A DNA stretch of 64,000 bases from Takakia lepidozioides. Taxonomy: Eukaryota; Plantae; Bryophyta. A model generated the notes under the pieces. The model made no database searches, was not told the origin of the DNA, and saw only the letters and a program-made list of their open reading frames with translations. The DNA is taken from assembly GCA_030704615.1 (NCBI GenBank), contig CM060732.1, positions 56,606,001 through 56,670,000 on the forward strand, read 5' to 3'. Below, piece by piece: positions 15,045 through 27,579 of this stretch. The first letter of the stretch is position 1. Each line of letters begins with the position of its first letter. A program made the translations under genes and the position numbers.

Positions 15045-15694
15045 GAGAGAGAGCGAGAGCGAGGGAAAGGGAGAGAGAAATGAAGTGATGAAGGGTTTTT
15101 AGGGCAGAGGTGCCCTAAAAGTGAAAGGATCAAATCAGTTGGAGGACGAGAAGTAACGAGAGAAGAATGCAACAACAAGTTTAGGGTTGAGCGGTGGTGG
15201 CGTTATGTATGATGGAAGCCTTCTTGGATCACCAAATGACAAGATCTGCCCATGAGTAAGCACATTCCCATATTGGCATGAGTTCCCCCAATCATTGATA
15301 AAGATATCATTTTAGCTAAAGCTGTAGTTCTTGTGTACGTGCAGGTGACTCATGAGTTTTGAGGAGAGAACTTTAGGGGTAGTAGAGTGGGTTACCAAAC
15401 GCTCCTCAACACACACACTGAAAGAAAGAGCTTGATCGCATGGTTTGTCTTCAACCTGCCCACACTGTGTACTGTGGTTTGCTAATACATTTTAGGATAG
15501 AGTAGTTGTTGTTTCAAAGTACATTTGGTTCATCTACTTGATAGCCTATGTGAACTTTAGTGACGTAAGTCCTATGGGGAGTGTGTGAGTGGATGCAGTG
15601 ACTAGAGAATTAACAACAAACAATTACAACAAGGGCAAGGTCGAAGACATTGGCACTGGGGCTATTAAGCAGAGATAAGACAGATCATGTGAGC

Positions 15695-17387
15695 ATGGAA
15701 AACAACCATTTGGATGGTGACAAAGTAGTGGATGATTTAGTACTTTATGTGGAAGCAATGTTGAATGAGGGTGCCACAATGAAATCAATTGCCACTGCCC
15801 TTTCTTTTGATGATGTACGACCATTGAGAAGATTGCTATCAGAAGTCCAAGGGTCTCCTTTCAAAGTTCATCATCAATTGAGTGTCCAACGCTTGTGTGA
15901 AAAGATTCAAGAGTTACTTCCTATTGAAGAGAATGGGACAAATTGGGGAATGAGAACAGTGCAATCTGCCTTAAGGAGGTCAAATTGGCGGATTCCTCGA
16001 AGGAAGGTGGGGGAAGCTTTGAAAATCATCTCACCCTACCATTATGAGCGTAGGAGAAGGGCACAGGCAATTCGGAGGACTTAGTATAATGTGACAATGC
16101 CTATGGCTCTATGGCACATTGACTGTAAGTATTTTATCTCATGCATCTTAATGTTCTTTGAAGATGCACATGCAAGACGTTTTCTTGCATTACATATCGC
16201 ACAAAATTGTAGGCAAACTAAAACATGTGTGCAATTCGTGGTGCAGCTTATGACAAATTGGTTATGTTTGGTCTTCGAGTACATGCTGGCATTGATGGGG
16301 CCTCTCATTTTGTTTTATGGGCGAACGTTGCAAGAAACAAGAAAGAAAAAACCATTTTCAAAGGATATCACGATGCAGTTTCCAAGTTTGGAGCACCTTT
16401 ACGAATTCGATCTGATTTTGCAGTAGAGCACTCTCTTATAAAACAACACATTGAAGCCACACGTTCTGAAACACCCAATCCGTACTTGACTGGGTCTTCT
16501 ACACACAATCAGGTTAGTGTTCTATACAATTCTATCTTGCATATCAACTTTACGTTTCTGTCATATTTCTTGGTTCATCTTTATTAATCATTGAGTATGT
16601 AATGTTGTGCATATTCCTAATACTTTGTGTGGTGTAATCACCACGTTAGAGGATTGAACACTTTTGGCGGCATCTATGGGAGAAGGTAATGTTCTACTAC
16701 AAAAATTGCTTCCAAGCAATGGTCAATGATGGATTATTGGATATGGACGATCCGTGGCAACGAGAATCTTTTATTGACATATATATGCCCATACTACAAG
16801 AAGCTGTTGATGAATACGTGAAGATTTGGAATGGACATCGAGTTCGCACGATTAATGAAAACGGTCGATATCGTCGATCACATGTTCCTGCTCGTTTCTT
16901 TCGTGAGTATGAACATTTGCATGGGTAAGCTCATGGTTTTCTCTTGTTTGTACTTTCATTGTTAAGCTACAATTTACATTGGAATGTTATTCTAATGTGG
17001 TGATGTGTTTGATCATGTAGATGGACCAGCCACCTTATTGATGACCCACGATTCAGGGAAGACCCCCGACACATTGGTAACCAAGACTTGGGGCCTCGTG
17101 GGAATCAAAGGTGGCGATGTGCAGGTGGTTTGCATGACCTTCCTACCAAAGGAGCTGAACTCATTCCTGACATGGTTCGTGTCCGTGCACAAGCTTATGA
17201 AATTGGAAAGGTTGGGAAGGATTCGATCTCTTGTTTTCATCTCCACTACTACATGTCTCGGTATTGTGGTTTGGCAACGCATGAACATAGATATTTTGAT
17301 CAATTGGACCTCATTGGTAATACCGTGTTAAGTAGGGAAGCTCTCCAACTTTTAATTACACAAGCTCTTGTATGTAATTGTGACTAA
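15695..17387 (+). pseudogene. Integrase-core DDE transposase (IS3EU type); exons ~15695-16124, 16247-16512, 16650-16924, 17021-17387; one in-frame TAG at 16082-16084
   Basis: The spliced product reads RRT*YNVTMPMALWHIDSYDKLVMFGLRVHAGIDG...PLRIRSDFAVE...GSSTHNQRIEHFWRHL. All three GT..AG introns are phase-compatible. Confidence 0.85.
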
Positions 17388-18868
17388 CTGAATAAGTGGG
17401 ACAATCACATTCAAAGATAATTATTTTATGTCACGTACTTTGAGGATTTCTGTTAAATAAATGTCATCATCATATCCATTGTCCATACACCCTAAACATC
17501 AAACCATACTACTTGGGGGGCAGGGCCTGGGTTGTACGATCTCTGGAGGGTTGTGAAATTGTTGGGTTTCATTGGGAAGTGCACATCGTGAGGCTCATGA
17601 GGCCGCCTTTTATCTCCAACAATCTTTGTCTGCCCCACATATGAGACAATGATGACCAACTTGCCTCATTTTCAAGAACCCTCTATTCATAATCTAAGAA
17701 TTTTGCATACAGTAATAAAAATCCTAAGTCAGACAAGATGGAGAGATTGAAGTAGAACCTTGATGTCTTTGACTTTGAGTTGACCGATGATGATATCAAG
17801 CCCTTGACAAAAGCCTGCGCACCAATGACCCTGATAAATTTTTGTGTATCAATCTCTTCTGAGGATGAGTTTGACTGGTGTGTGTTGCTTACAATCTAAA
17901 TATGTTAGCATGTTTCATCTGCACCTTGAGACACTAACCAATTTCATACTGCCAAGCCCTTATAGTGCCAATATATGGCTATGTACATATACCAAACATG
18001 ATACCACTGTAAGAGTATCAACGTCTAAGAGTTGATATATTAAACTCTCTATCAAACACACAGCCCAATTGCAACATGATACCTTTGTAAGGGTATCGAA
18101 ACAAGATTATTGGAGATAATTCTCGAAATGAACATGTCTTTTGTTTTCTCTGGGGTTGTGTCATGGGGGCCAGATATTAGTGCCAGGGGAGTACATGATG
18201 ATGCAGGGGAAGCCATTCATCAATTGTGAGGTTTGAAATTGTCTGTTTCTTTCAGAGCTAGCCATATTTCTTTTGCCAGTGAATCAGAGGAAGCTGAAGC
18301 ACTTCTGAGTAAGCCATCTGTCTCCCAAAGGGTCCCCCAAAAAATGAGATGGAGCTAGCCCTGGCATGCACATCAAACCCATTTAGCTCACAAGCAGTTT
18401 AAGGAGGTTTGCATAAACATTTGGCCAAGGTTTGAGGGCTTTGCCTCATTCCAACAACAATATTTACCAAAGCACATAACGTGCTTGTAATAACACTCGG
18501 GCTGCATGTGGGGTTCATGGGATACTGAATGGAAGTTGAGGAATTTGAAAGGCTGGAGTGGGAATCGAGAGCATGAATGCTGAGTTCTGCAATAGTGATG
18601 AGATTATGGTTGTAGTGCAACGTTGTAGTGGGTTTGTTATTGGCAGCCCAACACTTGCAAGCCACATGCCCACTCCTATGAAGGTGTGACTGGTGATCTA
18701 GTGACCAGTCACTTAGTCAAACCAGCGATACGCAGGCAGTGGGTAGAGTGGTGGATGAGCAGCACATGGAGAGAGGTGTGCACATGGAAGATCAATGTCA
18801 AGTCCATATCAGCCCCTATGCCAAGTTATATTGCTTCCCCTTGTGCTCAATACCTCTACAGAGCGTGA

Positions 18869-20236
18869 CTACAAACATTGAAGGGCCAAGCAAAATTTCT
18901 TGTCATTACCACCATGGTGGTTTGAGTTTATTTCACTGTATAACTTGTCCCAGTATAATTTTTTCTGAGACCTAACAAGCTGATTGATATCTTTACGGAG
19001 CTGGTAGTACCTCGCCCACAATTCTCTGTTGGTTTCCAAATTGCAGCACTGTTTATAGAGGGCTCCTCTCTCAGCTATCTTGAGTTTAATCTCATTAGTC
19101 CACCAACTAACTACTCTACCGCAGACAATTAGTTTCCTCCCAATGATCTTGTCAGCCACGGAGGAAACGAAACTCTCCCAAGAGTCCACTGCTCTTTCGA
19201 CTTCATTTATTGCGTTAACAGAGCGTGACTGAAGTTCTTGGAGCGATTGGACAAAATGAGGGAGAGCCTCTTGCAAGGCCTGGACGTACTCAGCCTTGAC
19301 CTCCTCATTGTGGAATTTTTCTATGCGCCACTTCCGAATCGAACGTTTCACAGATCTCTTGGTGGTGGGAAAACACCTTTTGATGTCAGTCCAAACCAGC
19401 AAGTGGTCAGAGGTACCAATATCAGTTCTGTCGATCAACACATCGGCACATTGGGGGAACACAATTTTGTCCATTATGATATAGTCCACAATGGAACGTT
19501 CCCCAGTTTGGGGTTTCTCACGAGTCCACTGCACTTGGTCACCTCTTGTCCTGTTATTCAAGGTCAAAAACTGAAGCTCTTCTACAGTTAATTAACCGTC
19601 TGCCATTAGAATTCAGCTCGTCCTCACCAAAAGGTCCAATGATATCGTCCTGATGGATCCCTTTGCCCACCCAGGCATTGAAGTCCCCCAATAGTACCAC
19701 CTGACCTTTGGCAAGGAACGAAGCACAGTCCAGCTTCAAAACTTGTGAGGCCTTGTCTGCGTCAGCACATCCCCTCTGTGGGCATGTAAACACAACGGAC
19801 AAAGAGGTCCAGCAGAGTACTCATGCCGCCCTTCAAATTCAGTTTTAGCCAGATACTATGCTCGTACCTCAAACCCTTGTTGATAATTTCACAATTGTCA
19901 AACAAGAAATCACGGACGAACTTATTTGAGATTGAATTGATGCGGGACTCTATTAGAAGCACTTTTGGTCATTGCAACCTTCAACGTACCCCTGTTATCA
20001 AGTCTCGAGATGGTACCATTAACCATGAAATCCAAGCCTAAGGTAGAGCATGTAGTTTTAAAGGACACATCGTCCATCCTGGGATTCACCCCAAAAACTA
20101 CACATGAAGCCCTAGATTTGGCATAAGTAACCAATTCCCAGGGATCACCCTGAGGAGTGTTGATGTTGATAGGAGCTAAATTTTTGATTGTTTTCGCAGG
20201 CCATAAGTTTAAGCACAGGAACCAACCCGAGCCCAA
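18869..20236 (-). mobile_element. Non-LTR retrotransposon (LINE) fragment: partial AP-endonuclease region, frameshifted, no RT
   Basis: Motifs SIWLKL..CVYMP, LLGDFNA, NSNGRRL, SIVDYI and TSDH, followed by a helical linker (SWWTNEIK), are spread across three frames. Confidence 0.8.
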
Positions 20237-20561
20237 GTGCCGAGTATGCTAGACAGAACATACGACTGCCCAATTTGGGCGGAGGGGCTGCCCCCAAGCG
20301 GTAGGAGTCCGCTTGTTACCATTCAGAGATCACACTCCAGGGAGTTGCAGGGAATGGCCCGTGTAGGCATATTCTAAAGAGGGAAAGGCCCCAAGCTTTC
20401 CAACTAAATCCAATGCACTACCTTACCTGAAGCAAAACGCTTAAGGTCGAAACAAACAAGGACATGAGGTCAGAAGGCCAGCATTTAGTGACAGAGACAT
20501 TAATGTACTCCCGTTTCAAGTCCACCCAATGTCAATAGGCTTCCTAGAGGACGGGGAGAAA

Positions 20562-20564
<3 letters not shown>

Positions 20565-20624
<60 letters not shown>
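20565..20624 (+). repeat. (GA)30 microsatellite
   Basis: Direct reading. Confidence 0.95.
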
Positions 20625-20627
<3 letters not shown>

Positions 20628-21033
20628 GAAATGAAATAGGGTCTGGTTGTTTGTTTCTCCCTTGGCACCTAAGGTGATATTAGTTGTCCTCCGCATACAT
20701 ATCCAGCACACCAGAAAGAGAAGAAAGCTCTTTGAATTTACTTGAAGCATCTTGTATTTCCGAGGGTGTAGCATCCTTCATACTCAGGATGGACACGGTT
20801 GCCTTACCAAATGTGTCAGCTCTGCTGCTGCCTCTTCCTTGGCCTCTTCCTGTCCACCCAACCATGACACGTACCATGAAAAACTCACTTGACATTTCTA
20901 TCCCACTCTTCTTATTGAGTAAACCAGAAACAATAGACAATCATGTAGCCAAGTGCTACGCGATGAACAGCTGTAGAATCTAACAAGCGAGGACTGGGAT
21001 AAAAACAGAGATAAGAATGCGTACGTTGCCAAT

Positions 21034-21280
21034 CCCTCTGTAGGTATACTAAACAGGGCAACTACCTCATAACGATACCTCAACCTGCATATAGGCTGAT
21101 TTGACCAGGTTTCTTTGTAAGTCAGGCGCTATACCTCTGGTGGTATACTAAACAGGGCTACTGTCTCATGACGATACCTCCGCATAAATATAGATTAATT
21201 TGGCCAACTTTTCTTGTAAAATGAAATACTATACTTCTGTAGATATATCAAACATGGCTACAACCTAATGACGATACCTC
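21034..21280 (+). repeat. ~100-bp tandem repeat (about 2.5 copies) just inside the right TIR
   Basis: The unit ctctgtaggtatactaaacagggc...acgatacctc recurs at ~21035, ~21135 and ~21235. Confidence 0.8.
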
Positions 21281-21296
21281 TACTAGTATATATGTG

Positions 21297-21603
21297 TAGT
21301 ATATATCTCTCCTTTAGGCTACGCGACTCATGTCGTGACTTAGGCCTTACCACAAGCAAAGGATGGACGGGCAGCAGGAATAGACGGGCCAGCATGTATA
21401 TTCAGCTTATACTCTCGTATATATGTGTGTATACGATACATATACATATACATATACATGACAATATATTATATACAAAACTGCGTTAAAAATTATAGAT
21501 TACAATTCAATTGAATTGCAAATTAGGGTTAGTTCAATTGAATTGGCATCTGATCAAGTGAATTGCGCTGCATTTCACATCAAGGCCTTTTTGGAATTCC
21601 CTA
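21297..21603 (-). repeat. Right TIR of the IS3EU-like element
   Basis: Reverse complement of 14720-15044. Confidence 0.95.
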
Positions 21604-22666
21604 GACGCCAATTAATCTCCCGGTTGAATTCAGGCGAGGAGGCCGTGAATGGTGAGGTTGCGCCATCCAGGGGCCAGCTTGTTCAAGACGCATTGATCCG
21701 GCGTGGTGCCGATGCATAGATTCCTTGGGCCCCCCATGTCGATTTGTAGGAATCATGGAGCGAATCTGCATTTTGTGGAGCTTCTAGTTTTCTATTGTTA
21801 ATTGTTCTATAAAAGGAGAGAACTTAGAGTGATGAAAGAATAAATTAATTTGTGAAACTGCCCCAATATACTGAAACGGCATATCCCAACTTTTTTATAT
21901 TTAATTTTTTTTTAATAATCTATTGTTGAGAAAAACTGATATCCTAACCACTGAAAATTTGAAGGATATGGCTAAAATACTTGTTAGGACTATGAATCAT
22001 GGAGAGAGGTGCACAGCTGCAACTTACCAAATTCCGGCCTTTTCCTATTTTTTTCAGGCCCCTTAATTGTAGTGATAGAAGAAAAATACCTCTTTTCAAA
22101 GTGTGTAGTAACCAATGTTGTGCGGGTACCCGCTTAGGCGGGTTGGAACCGGCGGTTCCGGTTTCGGTTCCTGGGAACCGGTACTGGAACCTAACCGGAA
22201 CCGGCGGGTTCGGGTTTTTCCAGGAACCGGCTTGGAACTGGAACCGGGGTCAGTGGCGGTTCCGGATCCGGTTCCCGCACTAGGGTTTTTTTTTTTTTTT
22301 TCTCCCGCGATCTGTCGTCTCTCACGCGCGATCTGCTGCAGTAGCGCGACTTCAGCGCGGGGGAGGGTTTGGTTTTCCTACTTTTGTGGTCTCACAGTTT
22401 GTGAGATGTTTGTCCATTTCCAGTTGTGACACTTCTCGCGGTGTCATCAGTGTTGTTTGTGTAGGGATACATTACAAGAGGGTTGGCTGCTTCTGTGCGT
22501 GGGTCCGGGGTTGAATGTTGGACTAGGTGTTATGGAGGAAGGCATGGAGCATTTGTAGAAGGGAGGAAGAATGAGAGTGAGGAAGAAGATGTAGGTAGGT
22601 CTGCAGGGTGTTGGATTGTGAAAGAATGACATCAGCTGGCAGAGGATCCGAGCGTTGGGGAAGCAG

Positions 22667-23927
22667 GTGTTCCTGCGGATGGCTGCATATACGCTAGGAA
22701 GGGTAGCTTGCGTTTGCCGGAAGTGGCGTTATGCAATTCGCAGCCCGCCTCTTTGGCGCAATGCTTGCTTGAAGACCTGGCAGGCATGCTCTGCACTGCT
22801 TTATCAATACACCAAAAGTAACATTTTGCTGCACATCTGTGGCCTAAGGCAGGAAGTGGTCTTTGCCCCACAGAGGAAAAAAATCCTTGGAAGGCAGAGC
22901 AAGGAGTTTGTTGAGTTGAACCCACTCTCTTCCTCCGTCCCTTCTGATTGCTGTAGTCAAGGCAGCGTTGTCTTACATGCCTAACTCAAAAACAAGATCG
23001 TCTGAGATGAGCAGAAGGGACAAAATTTTTGCAGAGATTGTTATAGATTCCATTGTGTCATTGTGCAATAGCTTATCAGGACTGGCTATGATGATGCAGG
23101 TTACAGGTTGGGAGGAGAATGAACGCATTGTACAAAAAATTTATGGTGGTTCATGGCGTGCCATGTGGCAGCACCGGCCCCACCTACGATTTGATGGTAT
23201 GTGTCAAATGCTAGAGAGGAGAAATGAGGTGCTCAAAAACTCCTTGCCATGGACATTTACTTGAAGCACCCTTGAGGGCAGGATGCTCATCCTGTGCAAG
23301 CCAGTTGCAGCGTTTCAGCCCACCAGGAATAAGACCCAGGCCCAAATTGAAAACACTCAGCCAGCAGAAATCTGGTGACATAAACATTGCTCAAGAAAGG
23401 ATGGAATCCATCCCAACCTGAGTTGCAGTAGCCTCCACTTTGGTGTTCTGGTTTGTGGCTGGGTTTGACATTGTAATAACACTCTAACTTGCAACACATG
23501 CAAAATACAGGGTTGTGGTTGCAGTGCCAGCCACACTGTTGAGAAAAATGGGCATAGAGAGAAGAAGAGAGGCAGAAGGGATGGAAGAGGATACTGAAGG
23601 ACGTTGTCAATGTACTCATAAGACGATGTTTGCCTTAACCTTACCCTGCGCCCAGTTTGGGCAAAACAAGAGGGAACAGTCACTACCTTCCCCCCAGTAG
23701 TGGGACTGTGTCATGTGGACAAAGACAGACAGACACACATACAAGTTAATTGAAGTATAAAAGCAAGCAACAGTCCAAGGGACTTGTCCCGTGATGGCCT
23801 GGTTGTCTTTCTGATGAATTGTTGGTGTGGTAATGTTTGGGGCGTGGTAATGTTGCAGGGCTTTATGTGAGCCGCAACACGTATGTGCGTGATTGCCGAG
23901 TGGAGGATCACCAACCCCGTGCACTTG
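22667..23927 (+). pseudogene. FBP7: Captured fragment of an F-box protein 7 (FBXO9-like) gene; exons 22667-22783, 23100-23196, 23859-23927
   Basis: Reads [32 protein letters not shown] | VTGWEENERIVQKIYGGSWRAMWQHRPHLRFDG | LYVSRNTYVR/IAEWRITNPVHL. Introns are retained, start and 3' exons are absent, and the third exon has a frameshift. Confidence 0.8.
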
Positions 23928-24519
23928 GTACCCACCCCTCCCTCTCTGTCCACACTGCTGTGGATACTTGCTAGTAGATGAATTCCTGTAAACCATCACA
24001 TCCTAAAAGCCCCAACCCTAGAGAGTATGTAATCACATGATGTTGTTTTTGAGAGACAGGAGAGAGAGAGAAGATGGAACACAGAGAGATATGGAAAGAA
24101 AGAGTGAAGGAGGAGAGTACAAGCAAAGGTTTGGTCTTTGTGAGGGTAATGGGGGGAAAGTGTGTATGGCAACTGTGGTCTTGATTTTGCCAATAATAGG
24201 AGAAGCGTGCTGTCTTTGTGTCCGGTTCTATGTGGCATTGTAAGTGTTATTTGTTGACAGTGGTATGGCCGCCAGTAACATGTTATGTTGGGATACTGTT
24301 GTCAGCAGGTGGATGCAGCCATTTTGTATGCAGGCTTGAAGCCTACTGTCTTGAGAATCCGCCTCCGGTAATTGAGCCTTTCTGGTTCACAGTGGGTGCG
24401 TGCTAATTTCTGTTCAAATTAGATTCCCTTGTAATGACCTGTACATGCACAGTGCACTTTCTTCTCTCCACATAAGTGGATTTTTCACGCTCTCGCTTCA
24501 AAGTTACGAGAGGTGCTAC

Positions 24520-25027
24520 GAGATAACAGAGATAAAGAGAAGCTTTGGAATGAACACTTTTCTGACCCTTGTCAATGGTGGGACAATGTGGGTAGATGGT
24601 CAACTAGAACAACAGCGGTAGCAGCGCAATTTGAACAAGGCACTGCTAATGAAGGTACCTTCTTCAACACATTTCAGCCTTCTTCTTCGACCTGTTTCAG
24701 CCTCTTTTGCCCTCTCATCAGGCTCAGCCCTGAATTTCCATATTGAATTTTGTAAGTTAGCTCGTTGAGATGATCTATGGTGGTTTGGAGTGACTTTGCA
24801 AGTTACTGCCAAGGTGGCAGCAGGAAAGTACACAAATACAGATAACAGAGATGAAGAGAAGCTTTGGAATGAGACACTTTTATGACCTCAGTCAATGGTG
24901 GGACAATGTGGGTGGATGGTCAACTGGAAACAGCAGCGGCAGCAGCGCAATTGATTGAGCAAGACACTACTGATGAAGGTATCTTCTTCAACACATTTGT
25001 GGTGAGGGCACCTTCTTCTTCGACCTA
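24520..25027 (+). repeat. Diverged direct duplication (~175-190 bp; ~24520-24695 and ~24838-25027)
   Basis: Both copies run agataacagagat.aagagaagctttggaatga...gtcaatggtgggacaatgtgggt...ccttcttcttcgacct. Confidence 0.85.
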
Positions 25028-25092
25028 TTCCAGAAGTAACCAAGTGTAAATCAATGTGTGTAGAGTAGTGTATTATAGAGTACACAAAGAAA

Positions 25093-27579
25093 TCATTCTA
25101 TCTCAAACAACTCGGCCTCTGCAATCAACTCCTCGTTGTCATCTAAGATGACTTCCTCACTGTTCAAAAATTCGCTCATGTAAGAGCTCATGCAACCAAC
25201 ATGAGCATCATTCGGCCAATTCTTGACAATGCTCACAAGCATATCAAGGTTCTGAACACCTAACTTGCAACGTCGCAAGTTTGTAATAACACCTGCAATG
25301 CTAAAAACCCTCTCACATTCAATCTGAGACCCAACAATGCCCAACAGGAGACGTGCCAAATACCCTACATATGGAAATACAGATTCGTGCTCTTTCCACC
25401 ATTTCAAATGAGCACCGCACTCAGTGTCAGTGACTTTTTGCCTTCGGAAATGCGCAAGCTGATCTCTCACCACCATCAATGCCATATGGCTCCTCCAAAC
25501 CAAACAATGGCATGTCATCCTGAGTGGAATGTGGCTCCGGCTGGGTCGTAGTATCCGGGTGAAGGATCTTGAAACATTTGACCAAAAGAGGCTCCAACAC
25601 CAAGGTGTCATATTGCCAAACAATGATATGTCCTTGTTCTCTGCCCACATATTGTGTCACCAAGGACAATCCCTTGAAACGCGGATCAGGCATCAGCGCC
25701 AACATATTGTGGGTTTTCAATGGTTGAACTCCTTCCAAAAATGAGAGAAATGGCCCCAATACATGCACCACCTCCTGAGCCATCCGCCATTCTAACAATT
25801 GCAACTCTGCATCAAAATCGCCAATGCAATAATCCACTGTACCCAACCTTCGAACACTCTCTGCTCGCATGCGTACACAAGTTGTAATTGCTGCAGCAAG
25901 AGCATCAGACAACAGCCAGTATCCGCCTGACTGGTTCATAACACACTCATGAACCACGGGTCCAAGAACCGTGGAAATAGACTTTGCAATTGCCCACACT
26001 TGTGGGCTTGGTATGCGAGATTGCAAAGATAGTGAAGTCTGCCTAGAATAACAAGTAATGATGGCTTGCCGAAATTCCAAAGTGTCTTGAAAGATGATCA
26101 CTTCGGAAGCAAACCTGTTTTTCACTGGAGTCTTCAACTTGCGAGGATGAATGTTACTATCAACACATGCTGCATTACATTCTTGCCTTCCTTTTCCACT
26201 CTTCTTAATCCAAGTGATGGTCTTCTGCAACTCTGATTGAGCATCCTTTATAGACACAACCCTCATATTCATGCACACCTGTGCATCAGTCGTGGCATAC
26301 TGACAACACTTGGACATTGCATGTCCAAAGCAACTTCCACACAAATGGTACAGACAGTCCCAATGGGGCACAAGACACGACTGCATTCAAAGCTGCAGTC
26401 AAAGTACCCAAATTACCTCCTTCATCTTTGACATAAGCTATGATGCGCAAATTCAAACCATATTTTGTCAAAAGGTCATTCACTTGTCATGCCATGGCTG
26501 CCCCCGATGTATCAGCTGCCTCAAACATTCCCAATGTCACATGGCATGGTTCCCATTGCTCATTAAGAAAGTGCGCTGTGATGACAAAAGAATCTGTTCC
26601 TCCTCTTGACATCCACAAATCGAAACTGACAGTACAAGTTACACAACTAGATACCAATGGGGACATGTACAAGAATTGTTTTTTTGTGCTACCAGTGATG
26701 GGAGCGTCTCATTCACAAGTGTGCGTCGAGAGGGGAAAACTAGACGATCATTTTGTCTCCCCACTACCCTTCGTAGCCATGGAGATTTGACCAAAGACAA
26801 TGGCAACAACTCTTTTGCAATGAATAGGACCAAATCCTCGTTGAACCTTTTCTGTTGTTCATCATCTTTATTGTATGGAGTTTGACTGCCAAAGAAAGAA
26901 GATATGTTCCCTGGGGTAGGGCCAAGCCTCTTCTTCGCATGTCTACGAGCATCCGACCCATTTTTTTCCATTTCAATCCACTTATTAACCAAAACCCATG
27001 TTTCTGATTCACATGCTTGTGAAGAACAAAGTTTCCATGGTCTTTGTTGTAAGTCATACATCCTGGCATCTTTTCAAACACAGGAGCAAGATGACAAAAC
27101 ACACACCTCATATATTGCGGGTGTATTGCATCTACTGGACCCGCGTTGGCAACTACATAGAATGCCCATGATGAAGCAGTGCGATTGTAAGGTTTCCAAA
27201 AATCACGTTGTTTGCTTAGGATGAAAAACTGCTCTTCCTCGGACATTGAGCTGCTTGAATACTGTGATATTGTGGAAGACCCACCGACCGTTGAAGTGAG
27301 AGGAATTGATGAAGAAGACGATGCACATAGCGTAGGGCAAGCTTCCATAGCTCCCGCATTGTTGACATTGGTGTCATGAACAACACCTCTCTCCAGTTCT
27401 TCAAAGATATTGGGCTCCATACGATGCAAATGATGGGTAACCTCCACGGAGGTTGTGCTGACTGCGCTGCTCCCTCCCCCGTACTCGTACCCGGCTGCTC
27501 CCCCGGCGTTGGTGTGCTGCTCCCTCCCCCGCGTTGATGCTCGTGCTGCTGCGGTAGGAGGAGGTGAGAGACGATACAA
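25093..27579 (-). pseudogene. hAT transposase with several frameshifts and stops
   Basis: BED finger (SSWAFY..RCVFCH..HVNQKH), SFDLWMS, YVKDEGGNL, CFGHAMSK, KTPVKNRF, and the dimerisation domain LKWWK..LARLLLGIVGSQIECERVFS. Confidence 0.92.

Larger units (their letters stand above)
14720..21603. mobile_element. IS3EU-like DNA transposon (~6.9 kb) with long TIRs and a 6-bp TSD
   Basis: TIRs 14720-15044 and 21297-21603 begin TAGGGAATTCC and end GGAATTCCCTA. The flanks gatgcc (14714-14719) and gacgcc (21604-21609) differ by one C/T. An integrase-core transposase lies inside. Confidence 0.85.

Noticed and set aside
14502-21760. Host gene interrupted by the IS3EU-like element
   Set aside because: Joining the flanks gives frames with no recognisable protein.
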